DNA of 64,000 nucleotides from Octopus vulgaris (Eukaryota): NCBI GenBank assembly GCA_951406725.2, contig OX597841.1, positions 558,001 to 622,000 of the forward strand, read 5' to 3'. Shown piece by piece: positions 52,069 to 64,000 of this stretch (position 1 is its first letter; each line of letters starts with the position of its first letter). The notes under the pieces were generated by a model. It saw only the letters and a program-made list of their open reading frames with translations, ran no database searches and was not told where the DNA came from. The position numbers and the translations under genes were made by a program.

Positions 52069-53539
52069 CTAACCAATCAAAAGATCTTCTTTATACAACG
52101 TGACCACACGGCTTCTGTCAACCAAATTCACTCACAAATAATTAGTTGCATAGTAAAACCCGGGACTATAAGTAGAAGACACTTGTCTAAGGTGCTGCAC
52201 AGTACGATTGAACCCGAAAGCACATGGTTCCGAAGCTAACTTCTTAACCACACAACCACGCATGTAACTATGCATGTGTGTATGAGCATATCAATGTATG
52301 CTTATTATATATGTGTGTGTGTATGCATGTGCACACATACAGGGTGACCAGAATTAATTATTTTCAATGAAATCGGAAAATTCTTTAGGAAACTCACTTT
52401 TATTTACGTTTATCATGTTTAATATCTGCCAAAAACATATAAATTTTTAATTTTGCCTATAATTTTATAATTTTTCTCATTTTATAAAATAACTTTTACA
52501 TTCCTGTTGGATCCCGCTTTTCTGTCAACGATAGCATTGTTTTCAATTTTGTTCAATTCATTTTCTATGCCTCCACCACCAGAATGGAGCAATAGTTTGG
52601 CTGGACTTAAAGAACGCTTTCAGTTAGCAGTGCAGGAGGTATTTCCTACAAGGCTTCAATTTCTGTTTCGTAACGCTAAGGACAGATTTGAAACTTACAA
52701 AGATTCAGACGGAGCACGTTCTATATTTGCAATATAGTTTTGACGTCAGGTTTATAAATTCTGTTTGATTTGGTATCATAATTAAATAATAATCATAAAA
52801 AATTATTCAGCTATTTTTTAAAAGAGATTATTCGATTTCAATGAACTAGAAAGTTAACCGTGTTCGGGGTATTCCTGTTTGTGGTACTCCTGCTTATGTG
52901 TATGCTTATATATTCATATATTCTTTAACTTTTGTCTTTACATAATTTATTGTACCCTAATTTTTATTTATTTATTCAATTATTGAATTGCTCAACGGGC
53001 AAAGAATTTGAAAACAATTAATATTGATAATCGACGTGATCCTGTAAGTCTGTTGTTTCTAATTTCTTGTAGAACAATCCGGTGATAACTGTATTAATCA
53101 TTTCAATCTGTATCTATGTGAATATAAACACCCCACTCACCCAGACACAATTTGAAACCTGCTTGATAAGATAGGTGACAATGCACGAAACTCTCCTCAC
53201 TTGAGTCACGTTGTAACTTCTTGTGATTAAATAAAAATGAATTAATATACACACTTGTTTTCAGTTCTATTTCCTTGTTCATGTTTGGATGAAGGATGAG
53301 TGACCGAGGGGAGAGGGACTGACGTTGAAAGGGACCGTAAGGGGAAGGAAATGACGTCATGTCAAGAAGCAGCAGGTTGAAGACGGCCTCTTTCTTACGG
53401 GGTCTGCGGTGAGATCAAGTCGTGTGCTGGAAGCAGTCGTATAGTGGTGGACCTTTCCGGCCAATGATTGGAGGGTTTTGGTACACCTCGTATAGATAAG
53501 AAGTGTAAGAAAAGAGAAAATAGGCGTTAACGTAGTTAA

Positions 53540-54533
53540 CGGTGATGTTTCTTTATCTGAAAGAACTGTACGGAAGTGGTTAGCAAGGTTCCAAGCTGGA
53601 GATTGTAGCCTAATTGATAAAGAGCGATCAGGTAGACCATCCACTACAGATGATGACTAAATCAAGTCATTAACTGAGAATAACCCACATCGCACAACCC
53701 GAGAATTCGCAGAAGGCCTCAACCTATCAAAATCCGTCATTCATGAGCACCTGGTAAAGCTTGGGTACACAAATCGCTACGATGTTTGGGTACCACATGA
53801 GTTGAGTGAGAAGAACTTTTTCGATCGCATTCCTATCTGTGATTCGCTTTATAAACGGAATGAAAACGCGCCTTTTTTTAAAGCAAATTGTGACAGATGA
53901 TGAGAAATAGATTATCTACCGAAATGTTCAGAAAAAGCGATACTGGTGTAAGCGACATGAGCCACCCTTAACCAACCCAAGAGTGGGTCTTCACCCTAAC
54001 AAAGTCTTGCTTTTTGTCTGGTGGGATTGCAAAGGATTTCTGTGCTATGAGCTTCACCCAAGTAACCAGACAATTAATTCTGAGAAATACTGCACACAAC
54101 TGGACGAGTTAAAAGCAGTAATTCAAGAGAAACGTCCAGAATTGACCAACAGGAAGGGTGTTGTTTTCCAACATGATAATGCAAGACCGTACGTTTCTTC
54201 AGGAACCAGACAAAAATTGCTGCAGCTCGGCTGGGATCTGTTACCCCACCCTCCATATTCACCAGATATTGCTCCTTCGGATTGCCACTTATTCAGGTCT
54301 CTGGAGAATAGTCTTAATGGTAAAAATTTCAATCCTTGGATGACGTAAATAGATACCTTGATGAATTATTTGCCATGAAAACACCTCAATTCTGGGAAGA
54401 GGGTATTTGCAAGTTAAAGGAAAGGTGGAGACGCATTGTGCAACAAAATGGTTCATATTTTGCTGTAATGGCAAGTATTTATTGACCTTTTTTTCCTTTA
54501 AAAATCGGCACGAACTTTCCGGACGACCCAATA
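53540..54533 (+). mobile_element. Mariner (DD34D-type) transposon relic, 5'-truncated
   Basis: SERTVRKW..RF, SGRP, WVPHEL, IVTDDEK, HDNARP and HPPYSPDIAPSD motifs with stops and frameshifts. 3' TIR-like CGGCACGAACTTTCCGGACGACCCAA followed by TA. Confidence 0.93.
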
Positions 54534-54999
54534 AAAAGCGATATTTTTTTATGACCAATGGATGTAAGGGAGGCAATCAATGTTTGACATTTACTTCGCA
54601 GAGTTACCTCTCTTATCCACGTAACTGAGTGAAAGATTTTAAGAGTCTAGACTCATCTATGGAACATAATTAATGTATATTCCCAGTTCGGAGAAAATAA
54701 GTGATAAAACACGGCCGTTATAATCTTTAACGCAGAGGCCTGTTTACGATTTGACCTTACTAATAAACTCCCTATTTTTAGGTCACTTTAAATAAAAACC
54801 TTTGAGTCTGCAACACTGTACGTAATTTCTCTTCTGGGAATGACCAAGTTTAAAAATCTGCTGGATCTCACTCATAAGGGAATCTTACATTGCTTATAAA
54901 CTCTATATTTGGAAGGACTCATTTTAAACTCTGTTGGACTTTTGGAATTTACTCATAGGATATTGGAATATTGCATGTATACCATTATTCCTAAAAAAA

Positions 55000-55330
55000 T
55001 GGATTTGCAACATTAGCCCTGGCCTTAACTGTAGAACCCGAAATATAGTTTACAGCATAAGATGCGTCGAAGGTGATTGTGAGGACGTGAACATGACGTA
55101 CATAGGGGAGACGTCTAGGAGCATTGCGGAACGAATAAATGAACATATAAGACAATGTGACGACTGAAAACAGTCTTCCATACGCTACCAACATGCCAAA
55201 GACCACCATGGAGGCAACTTGGGTCAACTTGACATCCGCATCTTATCCAAGAACCCAAAAGACCCAACACTCAGACGGGAGTACGTCCTTATAAATGAAA
55301 CCTCCCCAATACTAAATAGGAAATATACAT
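55000..55330 (+). mobile_element. PLE GIY-YIG endonuclease fragment (related to the 22154-23967 family)
   Basis: NCRTRNIVYSIRC...YIGETSRSIAERINEH...HHGGNLGQLDIRIL...PILNRK, with an internal stop. Confidence 0.8.
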
Positions 55331-55546
55331 AGTAAATACCATACTTCTATACCCACAGTTTACACAGGTAGAGTAGAATAGTTAGTGGACTGTTAGTTAG
55401 ATAAATGTATGTATGTGTGTGTGTGTGTGTGTGTTTTTTCCGGGAGTCTCTTTTTAAAGTAGAGGAAATAGCTAAGATTATTTGGCTGCTATTTCTAAAC
55501 TTCGGTGTGTGGTAAAGCAAATCTTTGCTGAACCCTAATTATAAAG

Positions 55547-55615
<69 letters not shown>

Positions 55616-56179
55616 GTTGATAGGAGTATGCATTTCTAGCATCTCTATATCTAACTAATCCGGAAACGACGTTCTCAAGTAACCGACGTACGTGTGATCT
55701 TTCGTTATTTTTCCCTCTATACCTACGTGGATTATTTTTGAGTATACATTGTTTGGGAGACTTTTCTTATCGTAGAGGAAATAGCTAAAATTTTTTGGTT
55801 GTTATTTCTAAAAGTTCGGTGTGTGGTAAAGTAATTTGTTTTACTGAACCCTAATTATATAACGTAATGTTTTAAATATACCGTAAATGGTCTTTTTACG
55901 TACTGAACACTACTTGGTGAAATTATTAATAACTAATTAATTAATTTTATCCTTTCATTATTGACAATATAATTCTCTCTCCCTGATAATAAACTACAGA
56001 TCCCTCTGTAGGTACCTGTTGCTCTATAACTCAGGTGGGTGGACGAGGGAAGATACAAAGCCTCATTCGTACTTTTTGAATTCGTTAGTACTGGCGGTCG
56101 AAGATTGTTTGTCTGGGATTACTCATATCAGACGGGTATGTTCGATTTTTAGTGCTCTCAAATTTAAACCCAACGAAAT

Positions 56180-56263
56180 CTTGGGCTGATGACGGATATG
56201 TTGATAGGAATATGCATTTCTAGCATCTCTATATCTAACTAATCCAGAAACGGCGTTCTCAAG
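56180..56263 (+). ncRNA. Type I hammerhead motif in tandem PLE-type terminal repeats (55440-56345)
   Basis: CTTGGG-CTGATGA-cGGAT...ATCCa-GAAA-CG g CG-TT-CTCAAG. A partial tandem copy at 55614-55680 retains ATCCG-GAAA-CGACG-TT-CTCAAG. Confidence 0.65.
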
Positions 56264-56342
56264 TAATTTTTGGGCTGCTATTTCTAAAAGTTCGGCGTGT
56301 GATAAAGTAAATTCTTTTACTGAACCCTAATTATATAACGTA

Positions 56343-56410
<68 letters not shown>

Positions 56411-56831
56411 GCATATATTTACATATGTATCTATATACATATATATATTTCTGGCGTGGTGGTGCTTCTTTGGTACCATTACTTCTAATTATATTTATAT
56501 TATTATACACCTATAATAGTTATTAACCTATACGGAATTTTACATTGAGGCCATTATAAATAATGTTCTTATCCTTTTTATATATAAAATTATACATTCG
56601 CTCCATGTCATCATATTACTGCGATGATATTTTGACCATGTAGCAGATGATGTGAGATGGGCAAATGTATTAGCCTGGTATATACGTGCACATATATGTA
56701 CGTATACAACACGTGCGCATATGTAAGTATTCATGAGTTGTATATATATATATATATATACCGGAGTAAACACATACATGTGAAACAAGGTGGAGAAAAG
56801 AGTACTCAAATACCAGTGGTAGAGTAATATG

Positions 56832-56984
56832 CTTTATTTAAAAGCAGCAGAAAATTCAACAAAACCTGTTACTCTGAGTTTCACGTTCCCGTTCGTCGGA
56901 TTCTAGCAAAAACTGTCCGACGAACGGGAACGTGAAACTCAGAGTAACAGGTTTTGTTGAATTTTCTGCTGCTTTTAAATAAAG
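56832..56984. repeat. Perfect ~69-bp palindrome (15-nt spacer) overlapping a hammerhead variant (56913-56950)
   Basis: Arms CTTTATTTAAAAGCAGCAG...CGTCGGA / TCCGACG...CTGCTGCTTTTAAATAAAG. The right side reads CTGT-CCGACGA-ACG ggaa CGT-GAAA-CTC a GAG-TA-ACAG. Confidence 0.85.
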
Positions 56985-57001
56985 TATATATATATATATA
57001 C

Positions 57002-58060
57002 AGAGGCCATCCGGATTCCCGTTTGTGCCGTGAACAGGAATTAATCTTCTCTCTTCGCTCTTATACGCCATTTGGTCTCAACTCTCCCCCTCCTCATCTA
57101 ACCCCCTCTCCCCCTCCTCACCTATCTTTTCCCCCCGACCCCTACTTCTTCAGTCCTTCATCCTTTCATCCCTACTCCCCTTCCCTTCTTCCCTCTTTCT
57201 CCCTCCCTCCTTCCCTCTTCCCCTTCCCTCTGCTCCCTCCTTCACTCCCCTTCTCTCTCCCCTCCCCTCTTTCCTCCTTCCTCCCCCTCCTCCCCCTCCT
57301 CTCCTCTTCCCCCTCTCCTCCCCCTCTTCTTCCCCCCCTTCTCTCCCCCTCTTCTCCCCCTCCCCCTCTTCTCCTCACTACACCACACGACTTTACACAT
57401 CACATCATATATGATGTGCCATACTAATACATACACCAACTAATACATACTAATACGTACTAATACATACTAATACATACACCAACCCTATACATACACA
57501 CGTCCAGACCCCTCATACGCACTTATACTCTCTCATACACACACACACACATACTTATACATACTAATACGTACTAATACATACTAATACATACTAATAC
57601 ATACACCAACCCCATACATACGCACGTCCAGACCAATCCTACGCACTAATGCTCTCTCATACACACACACACACACACACACACACCCTTATACATACTA
57701 ATACATACACCAAACCTATACATACACACGTCCAGACCCCTCCTACGCACTATTAGCTGGTCCTTCAACCCTATTATCAACCCTATTATCTCCCCTTATT
57801 TCGCTCTCGCGTCTCATGTTTGATCTTTGACCTCTGGCCGAAATCAGATCGCCATGTTGATTCGTTAGCTACTGCACGCATTTTTTTTCTCTCCTTCTTT
57901 CTGTGTTTTTTTTCTCTTTGTGTATCTTTCTGTTGAAGAGCGTAGGCTCGAAACGTTAAAAACTTGTTTTATTTATATTTCCTGAGCGCCATACTAATAC
58001 AATTGTTCGTTTGTCTTCCACCTGCCTTCGTCTTTTGTCTATTTTCATAAAGCTTCCCGT
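57002..58060 (+). mobile_element. PLE 3' fragment (end of GIY-YIG ORF + 3' region)
   Basis: RLCREQELIFSLRSYTPFGLN matches the R..E...I..L....P.GLN end of PLE endonucleases. Degenerate hammerhead-like TTGAAGAGCGTAGGCTCGAAACG near 57933, with a related copy at ~39000-39040(-). Flanked by (TA)n. Confidence 0.65.
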
Positions 58061-58466
58061 TATATATATATATATACATGTGTATATATCGTCGTGGCAC
58101 TCCGTCGGGTACATCGGCGAGGGTTCAAGTTGATCCGATCAACGGAAATTCACGTGCAAGTGACTGAGCACGCTCCACAGGCACGTGCGCCCTTGACGCG
58201 GTTCTCGGGGAAATTCAGTGCCACAAGGCGGGCCCTTTGAAATACATGTACAACAGAAACAGGAAGAAAGATTGAAAGAAAATTGTCGTGAAAGTGTACA
58301 CCAGGTTTCTCCACCAAACCCTGCCGGATACTCGTGGAGCTTTATGTGTTTTCGCTCAATAAACACTTACAACGCCCAATATGGGAATCGAAACCGCGAT
58401 TCTACGACCACAAGTTCACTGCCCTAACCACTGAGCCTTTGCGTCTCCACACGCAGACATCTATAT

Positions 58467-58505
<39 letters not shown>

Positions 58506-58610
58506 GCACGAAAGACTTCACCAGGTAGTGCTATTAAGTTAGACATGGCTTGGGCCAATAATGGCCGAAACCTATCAAAGTATCAAAGTATATACATACA
58601 TACATCTATA

Positions 58611-58715
<105 letters not shown>

Positions 58716-58748
58716 ATGTATATATATATATATATATATGTATGTATA

Positions 58749-59098
<350 letters not shown>

Positions 59099-59140
59099 CA
59101 GATATGTATGTATGTAATTATGTACTAATTTTGGTGTATT

Positions 59141-59194
59141 TCCACTGATGAAGGCAATGTATTTTATTACCAAACCTGAAATCGTCGATACGGA
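59141..59194 (+). ncRNA. Type I hammerhead motif
   Basis: TCCa-CTGATGA-AGG...CCT-GAAA-TCG t CGA-TA-cGGA. Intact core, one mismatch at the base of stem I. Confidence 0.6.
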
Positions 59195-59324
59195 GTTAAC
59201 CATTCAGTTTTTGCTAATTTCTTTGTTCTTATCACATCTGCTATATGAATATATGATGCACTTCTATTGTCAGTTTTACTGCTATTTTTGGCATGATGGT
59301 GCTCCTTGGGAACTCTTAATTATA

Positions 59325-59374
<50 letters not shown>

Positions 59375-60996
59375 CAGTTGCGGCCAAAATGTTCAGAACG
59401 GCATTGTTTTCGCCAGAAAAGTAGATAAAAGTTTTTATCAAAGTTGTTTTATATTCTATAATTTTCACAGATAATAAGTACGATATTAACTGTTATTGTC
59501 TGAGATTTTGTTGTAATTTGAGAGGATAATACAAAAGTTATGGATGATTTAGTGATTTACTGCAAAACCCATGGCGGCCAAAATGATCAGAATGGTTGCC
59601 TTTTACTCCATGTTTTAGTATATTTAACAGGCGAACTCTAATGTTTTTGAATTTGTTTACGTGACGGTTCGTTTACTAAACATTAGTAAGAATATCTGCA
59701 GAGTACTTTGTTAATATAATGCCACTTACTCCGTTATCAATTCATCATCAGATTATTAAGCTTCGAAATAAGAATAATTTAAGTATTGGGTCTATTGCAA
59801 AGATTGTTAACAAGTCAAAAAGTGTTGTTCACGGTATTCTTAAGGTCTTCGATGATTGTGGTTCGTGTGAAGCTAGAAAGTCTACAGATAGGCCAAGAAA
59901 AACGACCAAGAGAGAAGATCGTGCTATGGTAAAGTTGGTTAAAAAGGACAGATTTAAAACTGCTGCTGCTGTTTCTCGGAAAATGAGCATTGTACTGAAG
60001 ATAACGTTATCTCGAAAAACTTGTCTCATCGTTTAGTTGAACATAACCTACAAGCAAGATCACCAGCAGTGAAGCCACTGATCAGCTCCAAAAATAAAAA
60101 GTGTCGTCTTACTTTTGCAACCGAACATGTGTTGTGGTCTGAAGAAAAATGACAAACGGTGCATTTCAGTGATGAATCTAAGTTTATGTTATTTGGCTCA
60201 GATGGGAAAAGGTACGTTCGTTGAAAAGTAGGTGAAAAATTGGCGCCTAAATGCCTTAAGACTAGTGTTAAATTCGGTAGAGGAAGTGTCATGGTTTGGG
60301 GGTGATATCTGGAGAGAGTGCGGGCCATTTGGTGCGATTACATGGAAAGGTAAATGCAGGAGTTTATAAACAACTTGTAAAAGATCATGTCTTGCCTGTG
60401 CTGAGAAATTCAACTAAGCGACCACCCATACTCATGCAGGACAATGCCCCATGTCACAAGGCTAAGATGGTCATGAACTTCCTCAAGGCTGAAAAGGTTA
60501 TTATTATAGATTGGCCTGCTCAAAGCCCAGATCTCAATCCTATTGAAAATGTATGGAATATTCTAGGAGAACGTTCGAAAGACAGAAATCCTAAAACAAC
60601 TGAGCAAATGCCCTTCAGGAAGAATGGAATAAGATCACCCAGCAAGAAATTGAAAATTTGATTTCCTCATGCAGTCGAAGATGTCAACGTGTGATAGAAG
60701 CTAAAGGGCTTCACACTAAATATTAAATAATTCCAGTATTCTCTGTCATTTATGATTATTTTGTTATTTTTTCAACCGTTCTGATCATTTTGGCCGCCAT
60801 GGGTTTTGCAGTAAGTCACTAAATCATCCATAACTTTTGTATTATCCTCTCAAATTAAACCAAAATCTCAGACAATAACAATTAATATCGTATTTATTGT
60901 CTGGGAAAATTATAGAATATAAAACAACTTTAATAAAAACTTATACCTACTTTTCTGGCGAAAACAATGCCGTTCTGAACATTTTGGCCGCAACTG
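59375..60996 (+). mobile_element. Full-length Tc1-like transposon with ~220-bp IR/DR-type terminal repeats and TA target duplication; transposase inactivated
   Basis: TA|CAGTTGCGGCCAAAATGTTCAGAACGG ... CCGTTCTGAACATTTTGGCCGCAACTG|TA, with inner repeat GCGGCCAAAATGATCAGAA. Transposase 59719-~60725 has RPRKTT, FSDESKF, QDNAPCH and WPAQSPDLNPIENVW, interrupted by stops and frameshifts. Confidence 0.96.
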
Positions 60997-61218
60997 TACA
61001 TATGGTTAGAGGGGAACTGGAACAACAACAAAAACAGCAGCTCTCTATCTGCAAAGAGAGAAAGAGAATCACAACTCAAAAACCGATGTTGGATAGAATA
61101 TATTTATGGATCTTTTATTAACAGGTAATGCTTGATCTATATGGATCACTTGTGGTGGTCAGCTGGATTGGTTGGACGTTAACAACAACAATAGTGTCTA
61201 GGGATATTATGTGCTGGG

Positions 61219-62122
61219 TTAGTTTTGCTGCCTCAGGCTGATGAATATGGTCATGGAGTCTACCAATGCATAACCTGCAAGTAACAATAACAACTTCAAC
61301 AACGAAAGGAATTAAAAATATGCCATGGAAAGGCTTTATATATGGTCGCTCGAATTGCTAGAAAAAGCAGCCAAATTTCCACATGGTTTAGATCAGAAAT
61401 CAACTGAATTATGACTTATTGATTGTTGTACAATAAATATAAAAATTACTTCATTTGCTACTCACATTAACACACACACACAAACACACACACACACACA
61501 CACACGCACACACACACACACACACACAAAACATCACTTACCGTTGTTCCATACGATCCATGTTATCATACTGACAAACAATGGAACCCTCATTGATGCC
61601 CAACCACCCACGCTCTGTGAGACAATTACCGTGGTTCGTTATATAGAAGCGACGTAGATTACTGCGGAATTGAAAAAAAGACCTTGAGAAAATATAAATA
61701 TTCAATAAATATACAATTATGTCCAATGTGCACAATAGAATAAATCAGTATTTAATTAAAACAGACATCTGTGTATCATCCTCAATATATATACACACTG
61801 TCGATAGCAAGTTACTGTAGTATTTTCCCTGAGATAACATCTCCTATAGATTTGCAGTGTTATGAACACAATAAATATCAGAGAGACACGAAAAATTCGT
61901 CCCAGCAGCGGTGAGTGAGAGCAATAGATGTTATCTCAGGACATATATTGCAGTAACTGGCCTATCGATGCGTTACGCTTGATAAATAGATGGTTATATC
62001 AACCTGTGTTAAGATGTATAGCATAATAATCATGTTCAATGAAGATATAATGGTGAAAGCCTGGAAATGCTTTGGTCGTTTCAAGAAAATATCGTGAATA
62101 GCTATATAGTGTTAAGAAACAG

Positions 62123-62196
<74 letters not shown>

Positions 62197-62437
62197 TAGT
62201 TGAGTGCGTAAAATGCTTTTGGTATATTACGTTTCTATAAAAAAAGAAATAGAAAGATATATTTAGAACATACCGAAATCCTTTCATTGAGAAATAATGT
62301 GGAGCGGTTGAAGATAGGTCATCCCATGGAGAGCTTTTCAAATTTGCATGAGAGAACCAGCTTTCAAGGTTTGAATTTCGTCCATCGAAAATCATAGTCA
62401 CAACAGAGGATTGTTTTTTATAAATCACCAGTTTCAC
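61219..62437 (-). pseudogene. Paralogue D: exons 3 (62274-62437), 4 (61542-61661) and 5 (61219-61274), disrupted
   Basis: VKLVIYKKQSSVVTMIFDGRNSNLESWFSHANLKSSPWDDLSSTAPHYFSMKGF; NLRRFYITNHGNCLTERGWLGINEGSIVCQYDNMD; YALVDSMTIFISLRQQN*. The exon-3 acceptor reads TG instead of AG, and exon 4 is 120 nt instead of 161 nt (frameshift). Confidence 0.85.
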
Positions 62438-63344
62438 CAGAAAAATAAAAGCAAACGTATAACAGACACGCACTCGCGCACGCACACATACCATCCCCAC
62501 CCGCCCGCAAAAAATAAACAGACACAGAAAAATAAAATTTATTGATGGTTGTTAGTCTAATGTCCAGTCCACATTTAACTCATCATTTCTTTGACTGCAA
62601 GGAATTAATAACATCTGTGCGTGTATATATATACACGAGTGAGCATACTAACGAAAGAAGGGCACTCAACAAATTTTTTGGGAGCCGCCAATCCCCAACG
62701 CTTCACCATGCCAGTCTACCCGCTTACTTTTATCCTTTGTAAACAGGCATGCACACGTACACACACACACATATGTATGTATATATATATATATGTACAC
62801 GAGCAAAACGCCCCCACCCCGTCCAAAGGACTGAGCTGTCAAACATTTCAACCGAATTTTCTCAAAGCAATGTGCCATACCGTCCTATAGGCCTTCCCTT
62901 TAAGAAACACTGATTTAACCTAAATTTGAGACACCAGCAAAAGAAGAAATAAAGATAGACTTTTTTCTATTCCAAAGAAAAACGATTTTATTCACACAAA
63001 TATGCAACCGAAGAGTTTAAATTACCAGTTATGATAAGGCTGCTGACTGGGAGAACACAGACATGGTTTAAACAGTAAGCATGGAAGGAAAGAAACGTGC
63101 CTTTAAGCAGTACAAAAACAACAAAAAATGGAAGGTGCAATTGACGGAAGAAAAGCAGGACAAAAATGGCTTTATCGATCGCACTCTCACCTGGAATCGA
63201 TTTTTGTAATTTTTTCAAGATTTATACACGCCCTGATACCGTCGGTATCTACATATCAAACTTCAGCCCAATCGGACGGAGGATGCCCGAGATCCTAGAA
63301 AACACACACAAACACACAAACATATATATATATATATATATAAA

Positions 63345-63416
<72 letters not shown>

Positions 63417-63516
63417 ATTAATATAGGATAAAATTCTTTTCGGGAAAAATTTTTTTATCAATGGTCAGTATATCAAAAAATGTCTTTAACTGTAAAATTT
63501 ATACATAATTTATAAC

Positions 63517-63690
63517 ATAAGGGCAGAAGAAAAATTCTAATGACAAATATGCCGAAACAAAAAATTTTGTCGATAACCATTATAATTTAGAGATTTCTAT
63601 CGGTTTGTTTCGAGACGCATAAATTATAATGGTTATCGACAAAATGTTTTGTTTCGGCATATTTGGCATTAGAATTTTTCTTCTCCCCTT
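63517..63690. repeat. AT-rich ~73-bp inverted repeat within a locally reiterated element
   Basis: ...ATATGCCGAAACAAAAAATTTTGTCGATAACCATTATAATTT / AAATTATAATGGTTATCGACAAAATGTTTTGTTTCGGCATAT...; related sequence at 40700-40780 and 63800-63930. Confidence 0.7.
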
Positions 63691-63701
63691 ATCTTGTAAA
63701 T

Positions 63702-63787
<86 letters not shown>

Positions 63788-64000
63788 ATATTTAATGTAG
63801 GAAAAAAATTTTTTTCGAAAAAAGTTTTATCGATGGCCAGCATATTAAGAAATACTTTTAAAGGTAAAAATTATAAACAACTTATAAATAAAGGCAAACG
63901 AAAACATTTCTAATGCCAAATATGCCGAAAAATTGGACATATTTTCCATTACCATATAATTTACCCCAATACGCACGCTACTCGAAAAAAGCCGACAGAA

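Noticed and set aside
53160-53210. TTGATAA...GAAA-CTC...GAG-TC hammerhead-like string
   Set aside because: Stem I and stem II do not pair convincingly.
56954-57439. Pro/Ser-rich and Gly/Glu/Arg-rich ORFs
   Set aside because: A C/T-rich tract in a PLE 3' region; only the first ~27 codons after the TA repeat are real (end of GIY-YIG).

Overview
AT-rich eukaryotic DNA saturated with microsatellites ((TA)n, (ATT)n, (CA)n, (TACA)n, (GATA)n). The SINE and microsatellite landscape looks like a coleoid cephalopod, probably Octopus (inference). Almost all ORFs in the supplied track are translated simple repeats. The real coding content is a tandem cluster of four paralogues of one secreted-protein family: signal peptide, degenerate PAN/Apple-like module, then a ~180-aa Trp/Cys-rich C-terminal domain I cannot name. 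Paralogue B (44725-52068, +) is a complete 5-exon, 284-aa gene. A (12285-20663, +) lacks the equivalent of exon 2. C (36379-36539, -) keeps only exon 4, inside an inverted duplication. D (61219-62437, -) has a broken splice acceptor and a 41-nt deletion. Between paralogues, exon changes are almost all amino-acid replacements while the adjacent intron is nearly identical, suggesting a rapidly diversifying ligand-binding, defence or venom-type family. The rest of the window is mobile DNA: several Penelope-like retroelements (RT + GIY-YIG), about a dozen type I hammerhead ribozyme motifs in their terminal repeats (including U3:A8 core variants), an R4/Dong-like LINE end in (TAA)n, a Tc1 element with long inverted repeats, a mariner relic, several tRNA-derived SINE families, foldback elements, and kb-scale direct and inverted duplications. 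All alignments and counts were done by eye, and repeat boundaries are approximate.
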